Virus record (IMG/VR): IMGVR_UViG_3300048861_000257 | Reading direction: 5' to 3' (one strand) | Source of the DNA: an uncultured virus (IMG/VR IMGVR_UViG_3300048861_000257) | Taxonomy: Duplodnaviria; Heunggongvirae; Uroviricota; Caudoviricetes; Herelleviridae | Length of the DNA: 64,000 bases | Shown here: in pieces, positions 1 through 8,140 of the stretch | How the letters are laid out: each line of letters starts with the position of its first letter | Position numbering within the stretch: position 1 is the stretch's first letter | Translations under genes and position numbers: made by a program | The notes under the pieces: generated by a model | Told to the model about the DNA's origin: nothing | Databases searched by the model: none | The model's input: the letters and a program-made list of their open reading frames with translations, nothing else

Positions 1-249
1 ATGACCTACTGCAGCAGAGAGAAGCGGGATTTCGACGCGCACGACTTCGTCTATACCCACGACGGAATCGTGCATATCATCGCCCCCGCTGGAGCTCGCG
101 AGGCAATAGAGGGTCACCGGATTGACGGCTTGCCGGTTCGAGATCTGCAGGCCGTTCGGGACAGCGATGGTTCGTGGCGGATCGTGAAGTTCGATCCTCG
201 AACCCGGGTACCCGTCTTGTTCGAGCGGGTCTTTCGAAGGAAGCGCTGA
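1..249 (+). CDS. Hypothetical protein, probably 5'-truncated by the window edge
   Basis: Open frame from base 1. Its TGA (247-249) overlaps the ATG (249-251) of the next gene. Confidence 0.5.
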   Translation: MTYCSREKRDFDAHDFVYTHDGIVHIIAPAGAREAIEGHRIDGLPVRDLQAVRDSDGSWRIVKFDPRTRVPVLFERVFRRKR

Positions 250-1091
250 TGTGGTGGCACAAGGCCAAGGCTCCCGACCCTGTACCGCCCGAGGCCCTCG
301 AGGAAACGAAGACCGACAATGCGAGTCTCGCAGCCTTTGAGGCGCAGATGTACGGGGTCGCCGTAGGCGGCTTGGACAGGGCGAAGAACGGTGCGACGGT
401 TGTCCAGACCGCATCGACCGCCATCGCAGCTCTCTTCACAGGCGTGCTCGGATTCGTGTTCTCGGCTCAGGGGACCACGTTTCCCCTGAGAGGCCTGATC
501 ACACCCCTGTTCCTCGGCGTCGCAGTGGTCCTGTCCACCTTCTACCTCGCCTTCATCACCCCCGCCTACACGGTGCTCAGAACGTGGCCTGGGGCGAAGA
601 GCCTGGGGGAGAACGTTCAAGACCGTATCGACTTCATCGGTGACTACGTCGAACGCGTGATTCGTAGACGATCATGGGCGCTCCGGGCCGCCGTGGTCGC
701 GCTGGCTGTGGGGCTCGTTGGCATGGCACTGCCCTTCATCAGCGGCTCGAGCTCTGAGCCCGCGCAACCAACCATGGCGTCGGTGTCTTCCGCGCCTGAG
801 CCGACGGGCTGGCCGACACCGGATCCGATCAACACGGAGGAGCCGGGCGCCGTGGATCTGGCGAAGATCAAGTACCAGGCGCAGATCGAGGAGTATCGGG
901 CCCACCTCAGCTACACAAAGTCCGTCCAGCCGGACGACCTCGACTCGATGGACTTCTTCCTCAAGGCGCTCTGGATTGGCATCGCGGCCGTCGTGTTCTT
1001 GCCGCTACTTCTGTTGTTCCTCGATTGGCTGTTTCACGAGGTTGCCGGATGGGTCGAGAAGAGACGCCTGCCCGACCCCCAGTCCGACTGA
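249..1091 (+). CDS. Multi-pass membrane protein of unknown function
   Basis: About four hydrophobic segments; TGATG coupling to the upstream ORF. Confidence 0.7.
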   Translation: MWWHKAKAPDPVPPEALEETKTDNASLAAFEAQMYGVAVGGLDRAKNGATVVQTASTAIAALFTGVLGFVFSAQGTTFPLRGLITPLFLGVAVVLSTFYLAFITPAYTVLRTWPGAKSLGENVQDRIDFIGDYVERVIRRRSWALRAAVVALAVGLVGMALPFISGSSSEPAQPTMASVSSAPEPTGWPTPDPINTEEPGAVDLAKIKYQAQIEEYRAHLSYTKSVQPDDLDSMDFFLKALWIGIAAVVFLPLLLLFLDWLFHEVAGWVEKRRLPDPQSD

Positions 1092-1113
1092 GGCCACTCG
1101 TCGAAGCTGATCT

Positions 1114-3126
1114 CTACGCCGCCGCGCGGTAGTCGCCGAGAGTCCAGCGCGACGACGGATCAAGCAGGCCGGCCTCAACGGCCTCTCGCGCTCGACGATG
1201 GTCGGCCAGGGCTCGTGGATCGTCGCCACGACGCGGATACATCGGCCATTCAATTTCTCCACGCCTCGAGCTGGTGACCAGGCGCAGCGCTCGGTCCGTG
1301 ATGTGTCGGCGCTTCGAGCGTTCCCACGGGGGAGTGGTCATGCGCTCGTACTCAGCTCTCCACCACTGCCAGATCGTGCGGTCGGTCTCATGACCAGCCG
1401 CGCGAGCCTCGACGACCCCGGTGCATCCGAGCCTCTCCGCAGCAGAGCGTCGGAGATCTCGTCGAGCAGCTGTCCAACCTTCGGAGCTGCTGCGGGCGAG
1501 CTTTAGCTGGCGGAGGCTGGAGAGGATCGCTGTTGCGCGCTTGAAGCTGATCTGGTGGAGGCGTGCCAGCTCCTCAACAGTCCAGGCGGCGCCAGCCCGC
1601 ATCAGGGACCACACCTGGCCGGCCTGGTGTCCGAGTCCACGGAAGCTGAAGACGTCGTGTTGGAGGTCGCTGAGGTATCGCTCGAACTGCTCCAACAGCG
1701 CAGCGCGTCGAGCATAGACAAGGCCCAACTCAGTAGAAGGTGCCGGGGGGCGGGGTGTGATGTCTAAGGGTTGTGTCGCACCTAGATCTGAAGGTGTGGA
1801 AAACCTGCGGCTCGGGGCCAAAGACCAGGCCGCTGCGTTCAACCCGTCCGCCGGGACGACACGAGCGATGAAGCCGTCCTCCTGCAGGTCGAGGAGGGCC
1901 CGTGCAGCTGTGGAGTGGTCGATGTTGCACAGCTCGGCCAGGGTGCGCGTGGAGGCCGCGACGGCCGTCTTCCCGGTCCGCAGCATGAGGAACAACAGAG
2001 CCGTCAGCACGGTGCGTCTGGTGGGCGCTCCGTAGCGGCCGCCCCAGAGCCCGGGGGTAATCCGGAACCGGCCGGCGAGACCCTCGGCGATCGCGACCTG
2101 GAACGCGAGCGTGGCTACGTCCTTCGGCTCGGCCGCCGGCGCCGCGCTGCGGACGCGAACACGCTTCTGAACCTTCTCCCAGGCGTCCTCGAAGCGGGAG
2201 CGCATCTGCTCGGCCGTTCGCGGTCGCCGTTCCCCGCGCTCACCGACACGACGGGTGCGGAAGTGTTCCAGGCCGGGAGCATCCTGTGCCGCCGCCCAGG
2301 CCTCGTCGAACGAGAACCCGTTGGAGGCGAGCACGAGCAGTGCAGTCCAGGCAGTTCGGGACGGGTCTTCGCCTCCGCGGTGGACCTGGAGCCAGCGCTC
2401 CTGCTTTTCGGATAGCTTGCGCCGGCCCACGAACGCCTGCGAGCGGATCTCGCCGTCGATGACGGAGTCCTCAGGGTTCTGGGCAGGGGAGCGCTCCAGA
2501 AGCGCCCGCAGCAGCGCCTCGAGGTCCGCCACGGTCGTCGTGGGCATCGTCAGGAAGCCGAGATCGCCCATCAGCACGCGGGAGAACGAGCCGTTGCGAT
2601 GCGGAGACAACGGCGGCCGCGCACCGCCCGTGCCGATGTTGGAGAGCATGCCGCGGTCCAACGAGGGGAGGATCGCCTTCGCTGCGATGCCGATCGCCTT
2701 GGTGAGCTCGACCGCAGCCCCTTCGGCCAGTGCTATCCAGACATGGCGGCCGCCTGTGGAGGAGGACTCGCAGATGACGTGCTGGATGGAGAGCTGCCCG
2801 AGGAGGTACGACAGCGCACGTGCTTGATCCTGAGCCTCCTCGACGCCGTAATCCTTGACGTCGAAGTCGAAGCAGAGCAGCCAGAAGATGCCGTCGCGGT
2901 CCGCGAGATGCACGAGCCACGGGCTCAGTGGCACGGCGGGGCCCAGAGCGTGGAAGGACGTGTAGGTGTTCACCGGGTTGTTGTACGCATCGCGAATCGC
3001 CTTGTGCACCTCAGGACGTGGCGAGATCTGCCGCGTCAGGTTCCATGCCTTCGCCCATGCCGGAGACGACACGCCGATGGGTTCCGCGCGGTCATCGACC
3101 ACGTGAGGCGCGAGATTCGCTACCAT
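1114..3126 (-). CDS. Replication initiator-like protein: N-terminal AEP/prim-pol-like domain plus C-terminal HTH domains
   Basis: LLCFDFD resembles AEP motif I, SSTGGRHVW motif II and RPPLSPH motif III. HTH-like segments STRTLAELCNIDHSTAARAL and TVEELARLHQISFKRATAIL. Start taken as ATG 3126 (ORF open to 3222). Confidence 0.7.
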   Translation of the reverse strand: MVANLAPHVVDDRAEPIGVSSPAWAKAWNLTRQISPRPEVHKAIRDAYNNPVNTYTSFHALGPAVPLSPWLVHLADRDGIFWLLCFDFDVKDYGVEEAQDQARALSYLLGQLSIQHVICESSSTGGRHVWIALAEGAAVELTKAIGIAAKAILPSLDRGMLSNIGTGGARPPLSPHRNGSFSRVLMGDLGFLTMPTTTVADLEALLRALLERSPAQNPEDSVIDGEIRSQAFVGRRKLSEKQERWLQVHRGGEDPSRTAWTALLVLASNGFSFDEAWAAAQDAPGLEHFRTRRVGERGERRPRTAEQMRSRFEDAWEKVQKRVRVRSAAPAAEPKDVATLAFQVAIAEGLAGRFRITPGLWGGRYGAPTRRTVLTALLFLMLRTGKTAVAASTRTLAELCNIDHSTAARALLDLQEDGFIARVVPADGLNAAAWSLAPSRRFSTPSDLGATQPLDITPRPPAPSTELGLVYARRAALLEQFERYLSDLQHDVFSFRGLGHQAGQVWSLMRAGAAWTVEELARLHQISFKRATAILSSLRQLKLARSSSEGWTAARRDLRRSAAERLGCTGVVEARAAGHETDRTIWQWWRAEYERMTTPPWERSKRRHITDRALRLVTSSRRGEIEWPMYPRRGDDPRALADHRRAREAVEAGLLDPSSRWTLGDYRAAA

Positions 3127-3440
3127 CGGGAACGTCCTTTCGTTTCGAAAAAGGCATACATATGCCGCCCGGTTCTGCCGGGAAGATCTGAACTGCACGA
3201 CCTGATCTGGTTCTCCCGCCAAGAATCACCGGATCAGGCAACAAACTTCGGCCCGTCGCTTTCGCGGCGGGCCACTTGTTTTAAGGGCTCTGGATGCGCG
3301 CCTCCACAGTTTTGAAGGGTGCCCGCACGGGTCCGCGCGGGAAGTCGGTGGGGGAGAGGGGCCGAACGAGCTCGACGCCGGCGACAGGCACGACGGAGCG
3401 GACGGCTGGCGACACGCCGACACGCGGGATACCCACGCAC

Positions 3441-3469
3441 GTGACGGAACCAGGAATCTGGGTTACGAT
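3441..3469 (+). promoter_or_regulatory. Housekeeping sigma-type promoter pointing antisense to the rep leader
   Basis: GTGACG (3441-3446), 17-bp spacer, TACGAT (3464-3469). Confidence 0.5.
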
Positions 3470-3475
3470 GCTGCT

Positions 3476-3619
3476 GTCCTCTCGAGGGAAGTGGAAAGCC
3501 TCCGGGCTTTCCGGCTTACTGGGTGGAAGTTCGATCCGTGACTTTGGCGAGTGTGGGGATCGGCTTCCGAAAGCGCTCTCGTGGAATGGCCCGCCTGTAA
3601 AGGCGGGCCTTCATTCTTT
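3476..3619 (+). ncRNA. Candidate ~140-nt countertranscript (copy-control antisense) RNA
   Basis: Promoter upstream; stem-loops at 3493-3512 and 3525-3568; terminator hairpin 3588-3609 followed by TTCATTCTTT. Lies between the RHH gene and rep, on the opposite strand. Confidence 0.45.
3588..3619 (+). terminator. Intrinsic terminator
   Basis: GGCCCGCCT-GTAA-AGGCGGGCC followed by TTCATTCTTT. Confidence 0.65.
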
Positions 3620-3842
3620 AAGCGGCTGTGATGGGCAGCTCCAGACGTGTGGGGTCGGCCGGCCGCGGCGCGAACTCGAGCATGTTCGTGTCCTGCGCGA
3701 TCAGCGTTGCGAGGTAGTCGTTGACGTTGAGGCCGAGCTCGGCCGCCTTGGTCCGCGCTGCTTCAGCGAGGGGGACGGGGGCTCGCGTACCGAGGAGTTC
3801 GCGCTGCCCTTTGGACTTACGGCCACCACGTGCGTTCGACAT
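3618..3842 (-). CDS. Small ribbon-helix-helix (CopG/HicB-like) DNA-binding protein
   Basis: 74 aa with an RHH-like pattern (GTRAPVPLAEAARTKAAELGLNVNDYLATLI); upstream of and co-directional with rep. Confidence 0.65.
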   Translation of the reverse strand: MSNARGGRKSKGQRELLGTRAPVPLAEAARTKAAELGLNVNDYLATLIAQDTNMLEFAPRPADPTRLELPITAA

Positions 3843-4089
3843 GTCCTGAGTCAAGCGTGAATCAGTAACAGTTACCGGAATTAAGGGGCCGCGTGTCGCG
3901 GACGCGTGATCCGAGTGCCGATCGGTGGTTCGGTGGAGAAGCGTCGTCGACGACCGGCTGATGCCTTGCTCTCGTACCAAAACTTGCTGTGCTCCCCGGC
4001 CCCATAACCCCTACTGCACTGTGCATCAGGGGGCGCCCACAGCTATCGACTGCGGCAAGCAGCACGTTAGGAAAATTCATAAAAAAATG

Positions 4090-4101
4090 CACGTTTACGA
4101 G
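4090..4101. promoter_or_regulatory. Palindromic box CTCRTWWAYGAG, copy 1
   Basis: CACGTTTACGAG, upstream of the RHH/rep unit. Confidence 0.55.
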
Positions 4102-4149
4102 CGGAGTGGCACCCTGACTGGGGGCAGATGAGTCGCCGGCGTGCAGTGG

Positions 4150-4425
4150 TCAGCTGTTCGCGGAGAGATACCCGATGAACTGCAGCCAGGCTGCGTTCGC
4201 GGCCTCGGCGCTCGGGTAGATCCCCAGGTGCCAGCGGTCTTCCGGAAGGCCCTGCAGCTTGATCGTCGCCAACAGCTCGACGCTTCGAGAGCCCAGCTCT
4301 TTCGTGATGGGCGTAGCGCTGGTCAGGTGGGTCGGGTTTATCCAACGCGCCGCCGGCGCGCCGTCCAAGGCGGAGTGCACGAGGGGTGCGTCGTCCGCGG
4401 AGGGTGGGAAGGGGACCAGGGCCAC
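4150..4425 (-). CDS. Small hypothetical protein (start uncertain)
   Basis: The C-terminal ~90 aa of ORF 4150..4728 look globular (RWINPTHLTS...WHLGIYPSAEAANAAW); GTG 4425 chosen as start. Confidence 0.4.
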   Translation of the reverse strand: MALVPFPPSADDAPLVHSALDGAPAARWINPTHLTSATPITKELGSRSVELLATIKLQGLPEDRWHLGIYPSAEAANAAWLQFIGYLSANS

Positions 4426-4528
4426 GGACGCCAGCGTAGTGGGCTGGTCCCGACGGTGACCGGAACGTGACCGGCTTGCGGCCATTTCTGGCCACTTGGC
4501 GGCCCTGGCCGGTGCCAATTGCCGCGGC

Positions 4529-4862
4529 GTACCTGCATGTACCTGGAGGGGTGCAGGTACGCCCGGAAGCGACGAAAGCGCCCGGTCAGGAGGCGGATCC
4601 GAACACTGACAGCAGATTGAGCGCCCATCGACTGAATTGGCTGCTGATCGGGCAATTGGCTCGATGTACCTGGTGTACCTGCTCGCTGTGCGATCTCTAT
4701 AGGGACGGCTAGCAGGTACGAGCGGCACGGAGGAGGGCCTTCAAGGAAGGGCTTCAACCATCTCTTTTCAATTAGAGACCAGGTACAGCAGGTACATACC
4801 CCGGAATGCCCCTCCTGAGCCCCGAATTCCTGCGGGCAACCGCGTACCTGGAGGCGTACCTG
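4529..4862. repeat. Iteron-like array of ten GTACCTG/CAGGTAC heptamers; putative origin
   Basis: GTACCTG at 4529, 4539, 4666, 4675, 4844, 4856; CAGGTAC at 4554, 4713, 4780, 4789. Non-coding, directly upstream of the helicase gene. Confidence 0.7.
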
Positions 4863-4877
4863 GAACCCTCATTTTCG

Positions 4878-4889
4878 CTCGTACATGAG
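4878..4889. promoter_or_regulatory. Palindromic box, copy 2
   Basis: CTCGTACATGAG, upstream of the helicase gene. Confidence 0.6.
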
Positions 4890-4997
4890 CAGTTACGGCC
4901 ATCTCGTGCTACGGTGACTCTCGCCTCGTGCAGTGGTACCAACTCGACCAGCCGGTCGAGCACGGCGGGGCAGTGCAAAGCCACCGAAGGGACCCCA

Positions 4998-6749
4998 ATG
5001 GGATCGACAACCGACGACGCCGAAAACGCCGGGCAGCGCAGTGCAGCGGCCGGCTTCCTGGACTTCACTCCCACCTCGGCTGAGACGCTCATCGAGCGCA
5101 CGGCCGCCACATACCTTTCCTCGATCGTCGACGACCCGGGTGTCGAACTCGGTCAGATCCGGGACGATCTGCTCCAGCGCATCAATGCCGAGCTCACCCT
5201 CGAGAACAAGATGCGCAAGGACACGTTCTCGAGCTCCCCGCCGCTGGTGAAGCTCCAGGCGCTGGATGAGATGACCGTCGTGCGTGTGCTGCTGGCCCGG
5301 CGCCGCATCGTCGCGGTCAGCCTCTCCGGCTCGAAGTCGCCCGACGACACCGTGCTGGCCATGTACTGCGACATGGGACCGGAAGAGGGGCTCTACGTTG
5401 TCAGTGATGCGCCGATCGCGCAGCTGGCAAGCGAGATTCGACCCTCGTTCTCGGCGACGGCGATCGACTCCCTGCTCAAGCGACTGCGCATCCACGCCGA
5501 GGTGGTCGCGAAGACCACCGACGCGAACCTCATCCCCGTCGCCAACGGGATCTTCGACCACTCGAAGCAGGAGCTGCTCCCGTTCACACCCGACCTGATC
5601 TTCCTCGCGAAGTCACCGGTCGACTTCGACCCCAACGCGGTGAACCCCATCATCCAGACCCCGCACGGCGACACCTGGGACGTTGAGACCTGGATCGGTG
5701 ACCTGTCGGACGACGAGGGTGTGCCCGAGCTGCTCTGGGAGATCCTGAGCGCCGTGGTGCGCCCTGGCGTCCGCTGGAACAAGGCCGCGTTCTTCCACTC
5801 CACGCGCGGCAACAACGGCAAGGGGACTCTCTGCGAGCTCATGCGAGGCCTCGTCGGCCCAGACGGCCACGCTTCGATCCCGATCGCGAACTTCGGCAAG
5901 CCGTTCGCGCTCTCCGAGCTCATCCACGCCCGCGCGATCATCACCGACGAGAACAGCGTCGGCGCCTTCGCCAAGGACCTCGGCGACTTCAAGAGCGTCG
6001 TCACCGGGGACACGTTCGTGCTGGATCGCAAGTACAAGGATCCAGTGAGCGTCAGCTTCTCGGGCATGGTCGTCCAGTGCGTGAACGACTTCCCGAAGAG
6101 CCGCGACAAGAGCGCCTCGTACAGCCGGCGGCAGATCTTCATCCCGTTCTCGAAGTGGTTCGGAGACACCGAACGGACGTACATCAAGAGCGACTACCTC
6201 CGTCGCCCGGAGGTGCTGCGCTACGTGCTGCGCCGAGCCCTGGCCATGCAGCACACTCAGTTCTCCAACCCGCCGGCGTGCCAGGCGCTCCTGGCTCAAT
6301 TCACCCGGGAGAACGATCCGGTCCGCGACTTCTGGTGCGAGTTCGAGGATGAGTTCGTTTGGGACCTGCTGCCGACGGCGTTCCTCTACGACCTGTTCGT
6401 GTCCTGGTTCCGCAAGACGCACCCCTCCGGAGTGCCGGTGAACCGCAACGACTTCGCCTCCCGGCTGGTCGAGGTCCTGGCCGGCGACGGCAGGTGGATC
6501 TACGCCGATCCGCAGAAGAAGCATCGACCCGGGCAGAAGATGGCCGCCCCTGAACCGCTGATCGCCACGTTCGACCTTCACGACTGGATGAACCCGAGCT
6601 ACTCGGGAACGAACAGCCTTATGCGATCCCAGCCCGTCCTGAAAACCAACTACATCGGCATCCTCCGCACACCGGTCGTGGTCGGTGCCGGTGGCGGAAG
6701 TGTGGCCCAACAGGATCGTGACGACCGCCCCGATGACCTCGCATCATAG
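4998..6749 (+). CDS. Phage/plasmid P4-family (D5-like) SF3 helicase ('DNA primase family protein' C-terminal type)
   Basis: D5_N-like LIPVANGIFD, Walker A RGNNGKGT, Walker B IITDEN, motif KSVVTGD..DRKYKDP and sensor QCVNDFP; RBS GAAGGGA before ATG 4998. Confidence 0.85.
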   Translation: MGSTTDDAENAGQRSAAAGFLDFTPTSAETLIERTAATYLSSIVDDPGVELGQIRDDLLQRINAELTLENKMRKDTFSSSPPLVKLQALDEMTVVRVLLARRRIVAVSLSGSKSPDDTVLAMYCDMGPEEGLYVVSDAPIAQLASEIRPSFSATAIDSLLKRLRIHAEVVAKTTDANLIPVANGIFDHSKQELLPFTPDLIFLAKSPVDFDPNAVNPIIQTPHGDTWDVETWIGDLSDDEGVPELLWEILSAVVRPGVRWNKAAFFHSTRGNNGKGTLCELMRGLVGPDGHASIPIANFGKPFALSELIHARAIITDENSVGAFAKDLGDFKSVVTGDTFVLDRKYKDPVSVSFSGMVVQCVNDFPKSRDKSASYSRRQIFIPFSKWFGDTERTYIKSDYLRRPEVLRYVLRRALAMQHTQFSNPPACQALLAQFTRENDPVRDFWCEFEDEFVWDLLPTAFLYDLFVSWFRKTHPSGVPVNRNDFASRLVEVLAGDGRWIYADPQKKHRPGQKMAAPEPLIATFDLHDWMNPSYSGTNSLMRSQPVLKTNYIGILRTPVVVGAGGGSVAQQDRDDRPDDLAS

Positions 6750-6762
6750 GTCCACAGATATA

Positions 6763-6774
6763 CTCATAAACGAG
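6763..6774. promoter_or_regulatory. Palindromic box, copy 3
   Basis: CTCATAAACGAG, upstream of the 6798 operon. Confidence 0.7.
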
Positions 6775-6797
6775 CAAAAACGACGATTGGGGAACAG

Positions 6798-7052
6798 GTG
6801 AAGAGCAACAGCAATGCGACCACGGACGCCGGGGTCCGTGACAGGCAGGTGTGGGCGGACAACGACCCGCGAAGCGCCGGGCGGAAGGTGCGGGTGATCT
6901 CCGTCGACGAGACGCACGCCACCGTCGTCGGTGTCGTGGCGAGCGGTGGCAAGTACGTGCCGTCGACCGCTGCCCGCAAGACGCGGATCAAGCTCACCCG
7001 GTTCAAGCCGACGAGCACCGGATATCGCCTCGTGCAGGATGCGGAGGACTGA
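6798..7052 (+). CDS. Small phage-like hypothetical protein
   Basis: 84 aa, beta-rich (QVWADNDPRSAGRKVRVISV); first gene of a three-gene operon. Confidence 0.6.
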   Translation: MKSNSNATTDAGVRDRQVWADNDPRSAGRKVRVISVDETHATVVGVVASGGKYVPSTAARKTRIKLTRFKPTSTGYRLVQDAED

Positions 7053-7055
7053 GCC

Positions 7056-7430
7056 ATGACCCAGCAGATCGAAGCATCCAGCGCGCAGCTCATCACCCCC
7101 GATGCACGCCTGGCGGATGCGCACGCGCGATTCGACGCCGGCGAGATCACCGTGTGGGCCCTGGCGGCCCTCGAGCATCGCGACCTGGCGGATCGACCGA
7201 CACTCGAGGTCGGCATGCGCGTGCCCCGCGGCACCCTCGTGCTCGACCGTGACGGCGACGTGTGGCGCAAGGGCAACACCCGCTGGACCTGCCTGGTCTC
7301 CGGCGACGGCGGCCGCGTCCGTGCCATTGGACGGTTGACGCAGTCCGAGCTGCTGCGTCAGCATGGCCCCGTTCGCGAGATCGGGACGCAGTCGAGATGG
7401 CGCTATCGCACCATCCGGGGCCGCGCCTGA
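7056..7430 (+). CDS. Hypothetical protein
   Basis: RBS GGAGGA; phage-like motif GTLVLDRDGDVWRK; TGATG coupling to the next gene. Confidence 0.6.
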   Translation: MTQQIEASSAQLITPDARLADAHARFDAGEITVWALAALEHRDLADRPTLEVGMRVPRGTLVLDRDGDVWRKGNTRWTCLVSGDGGRVRAIGRLTQSELLRQHGPVREIGTQSRWRYRTIRGRA

Positions 7431-7978
7431 TGGCGGAGAGCCTCTTCCCCGATCGCCAACGCTGCAGAAAGTGCTCGAAGGGCTTGGGGGCAACGGGCGC
7501 CCCCGTGTTCAACGGACTGTTCTGCAGCGCCCGCTGCGCGGGCCTCGCTGAGCTGCACACCGACCCAGAGCAGGCGCCGCGACAGTGCAAGACGCTCCGA
7601 GGTGGCCGCTGGGAGTTCAAGGTGCGGTACCGAAGCGTGGGCGAGATCCCGGCGCCGGTCCGCGATGATCCTTCCGCGAACTGGTACTGGTGCGGCCATT
7701 GCGGGGCCCTGCACATCGGGCACAGCCGCATCGACCTGGCCCAGGAGCAGTTCCGCATGCTTGCCAGCGCGGAGGACCTGGCCGATCTGCTGGTGAAGCT
7801 GCGCGGCCACGCCACGCGCAAGCAGGTCGCCGAGGTCGCAGGGATCCGGCCGATCCGCCTGAAAGAGCTCGAGGAGCCGGGCACGGCTGAGCGGGTCGAC
7901 CTCGGGGCCCTGTTCAAGGTGCTGGGGACCTATCGCACGCGGGCCGGCGTCGCGCTCAGGACGACCTCGCGAGCCTGA
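7430..7978 (+). CDS. Zinc-finger plus XRE-type HTH protein (putative regulator)
   Basis: CRKC, CSARC and YWCGHCGALHIGH Cys/His clusters; C-terminal HTH LRGHATRKQVAEVAGIRPIRLKELE. Confidence 0.65.
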   Translation: MAESLFPDRQRCRKCSKGLGATGAPVFNGLFCSARCAGLAELHTDPEQAPRQCKTLRGGRWEFKVRYRSVGEIPAPVRDDPSANWYWCGHCGALHIGHSRIDLAQEQFRMLASAEDLADLLVKLRGHATRKQVAEVAGIRPIRLKELEEPGTAERVDLGALFKVLGTYRTRAGVALRTTSRA

Positions 7979-7991
7979 TTCAACCCTTGTG

Positions 7992-8026
7992 GCCACCTAC
8001 TGACCAGCTCCTGGCCAGTAGGTGGC
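7992..8026 (+). terminator. Intrinsic terminator
   Basis: GCCACCTACTG...CAGTAGGTGGC hairpin after the stop codon, followed by a T-rich tail. Confidence 0.6.
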
Positions 8027-8041
8027 GATTCGTCGTTTTCA

Positions 8042-8053
8042 CTGATAAACGAG
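8042..8053. promoter_or_regulatory. Palindromic box, copy 4
   Basis: CTGATAAACGAG, upstream of the adhesin gene. Confidence 0.65.
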
Positions 8054-8140
8054 CGAGTTTAGATACTTTCGCATGGTAGGCTCGGAGCCGCATTTCGCCC
8101 GAATTTCTAGGGTTCCGATCCCGATACGGAGAGCAATCGC

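Noticed and set aside
4529..4862. CRISPR array
   Set aside because: The repeats are only 7 bp, irregularly spaced and in both orientations, and no cas genes are present.
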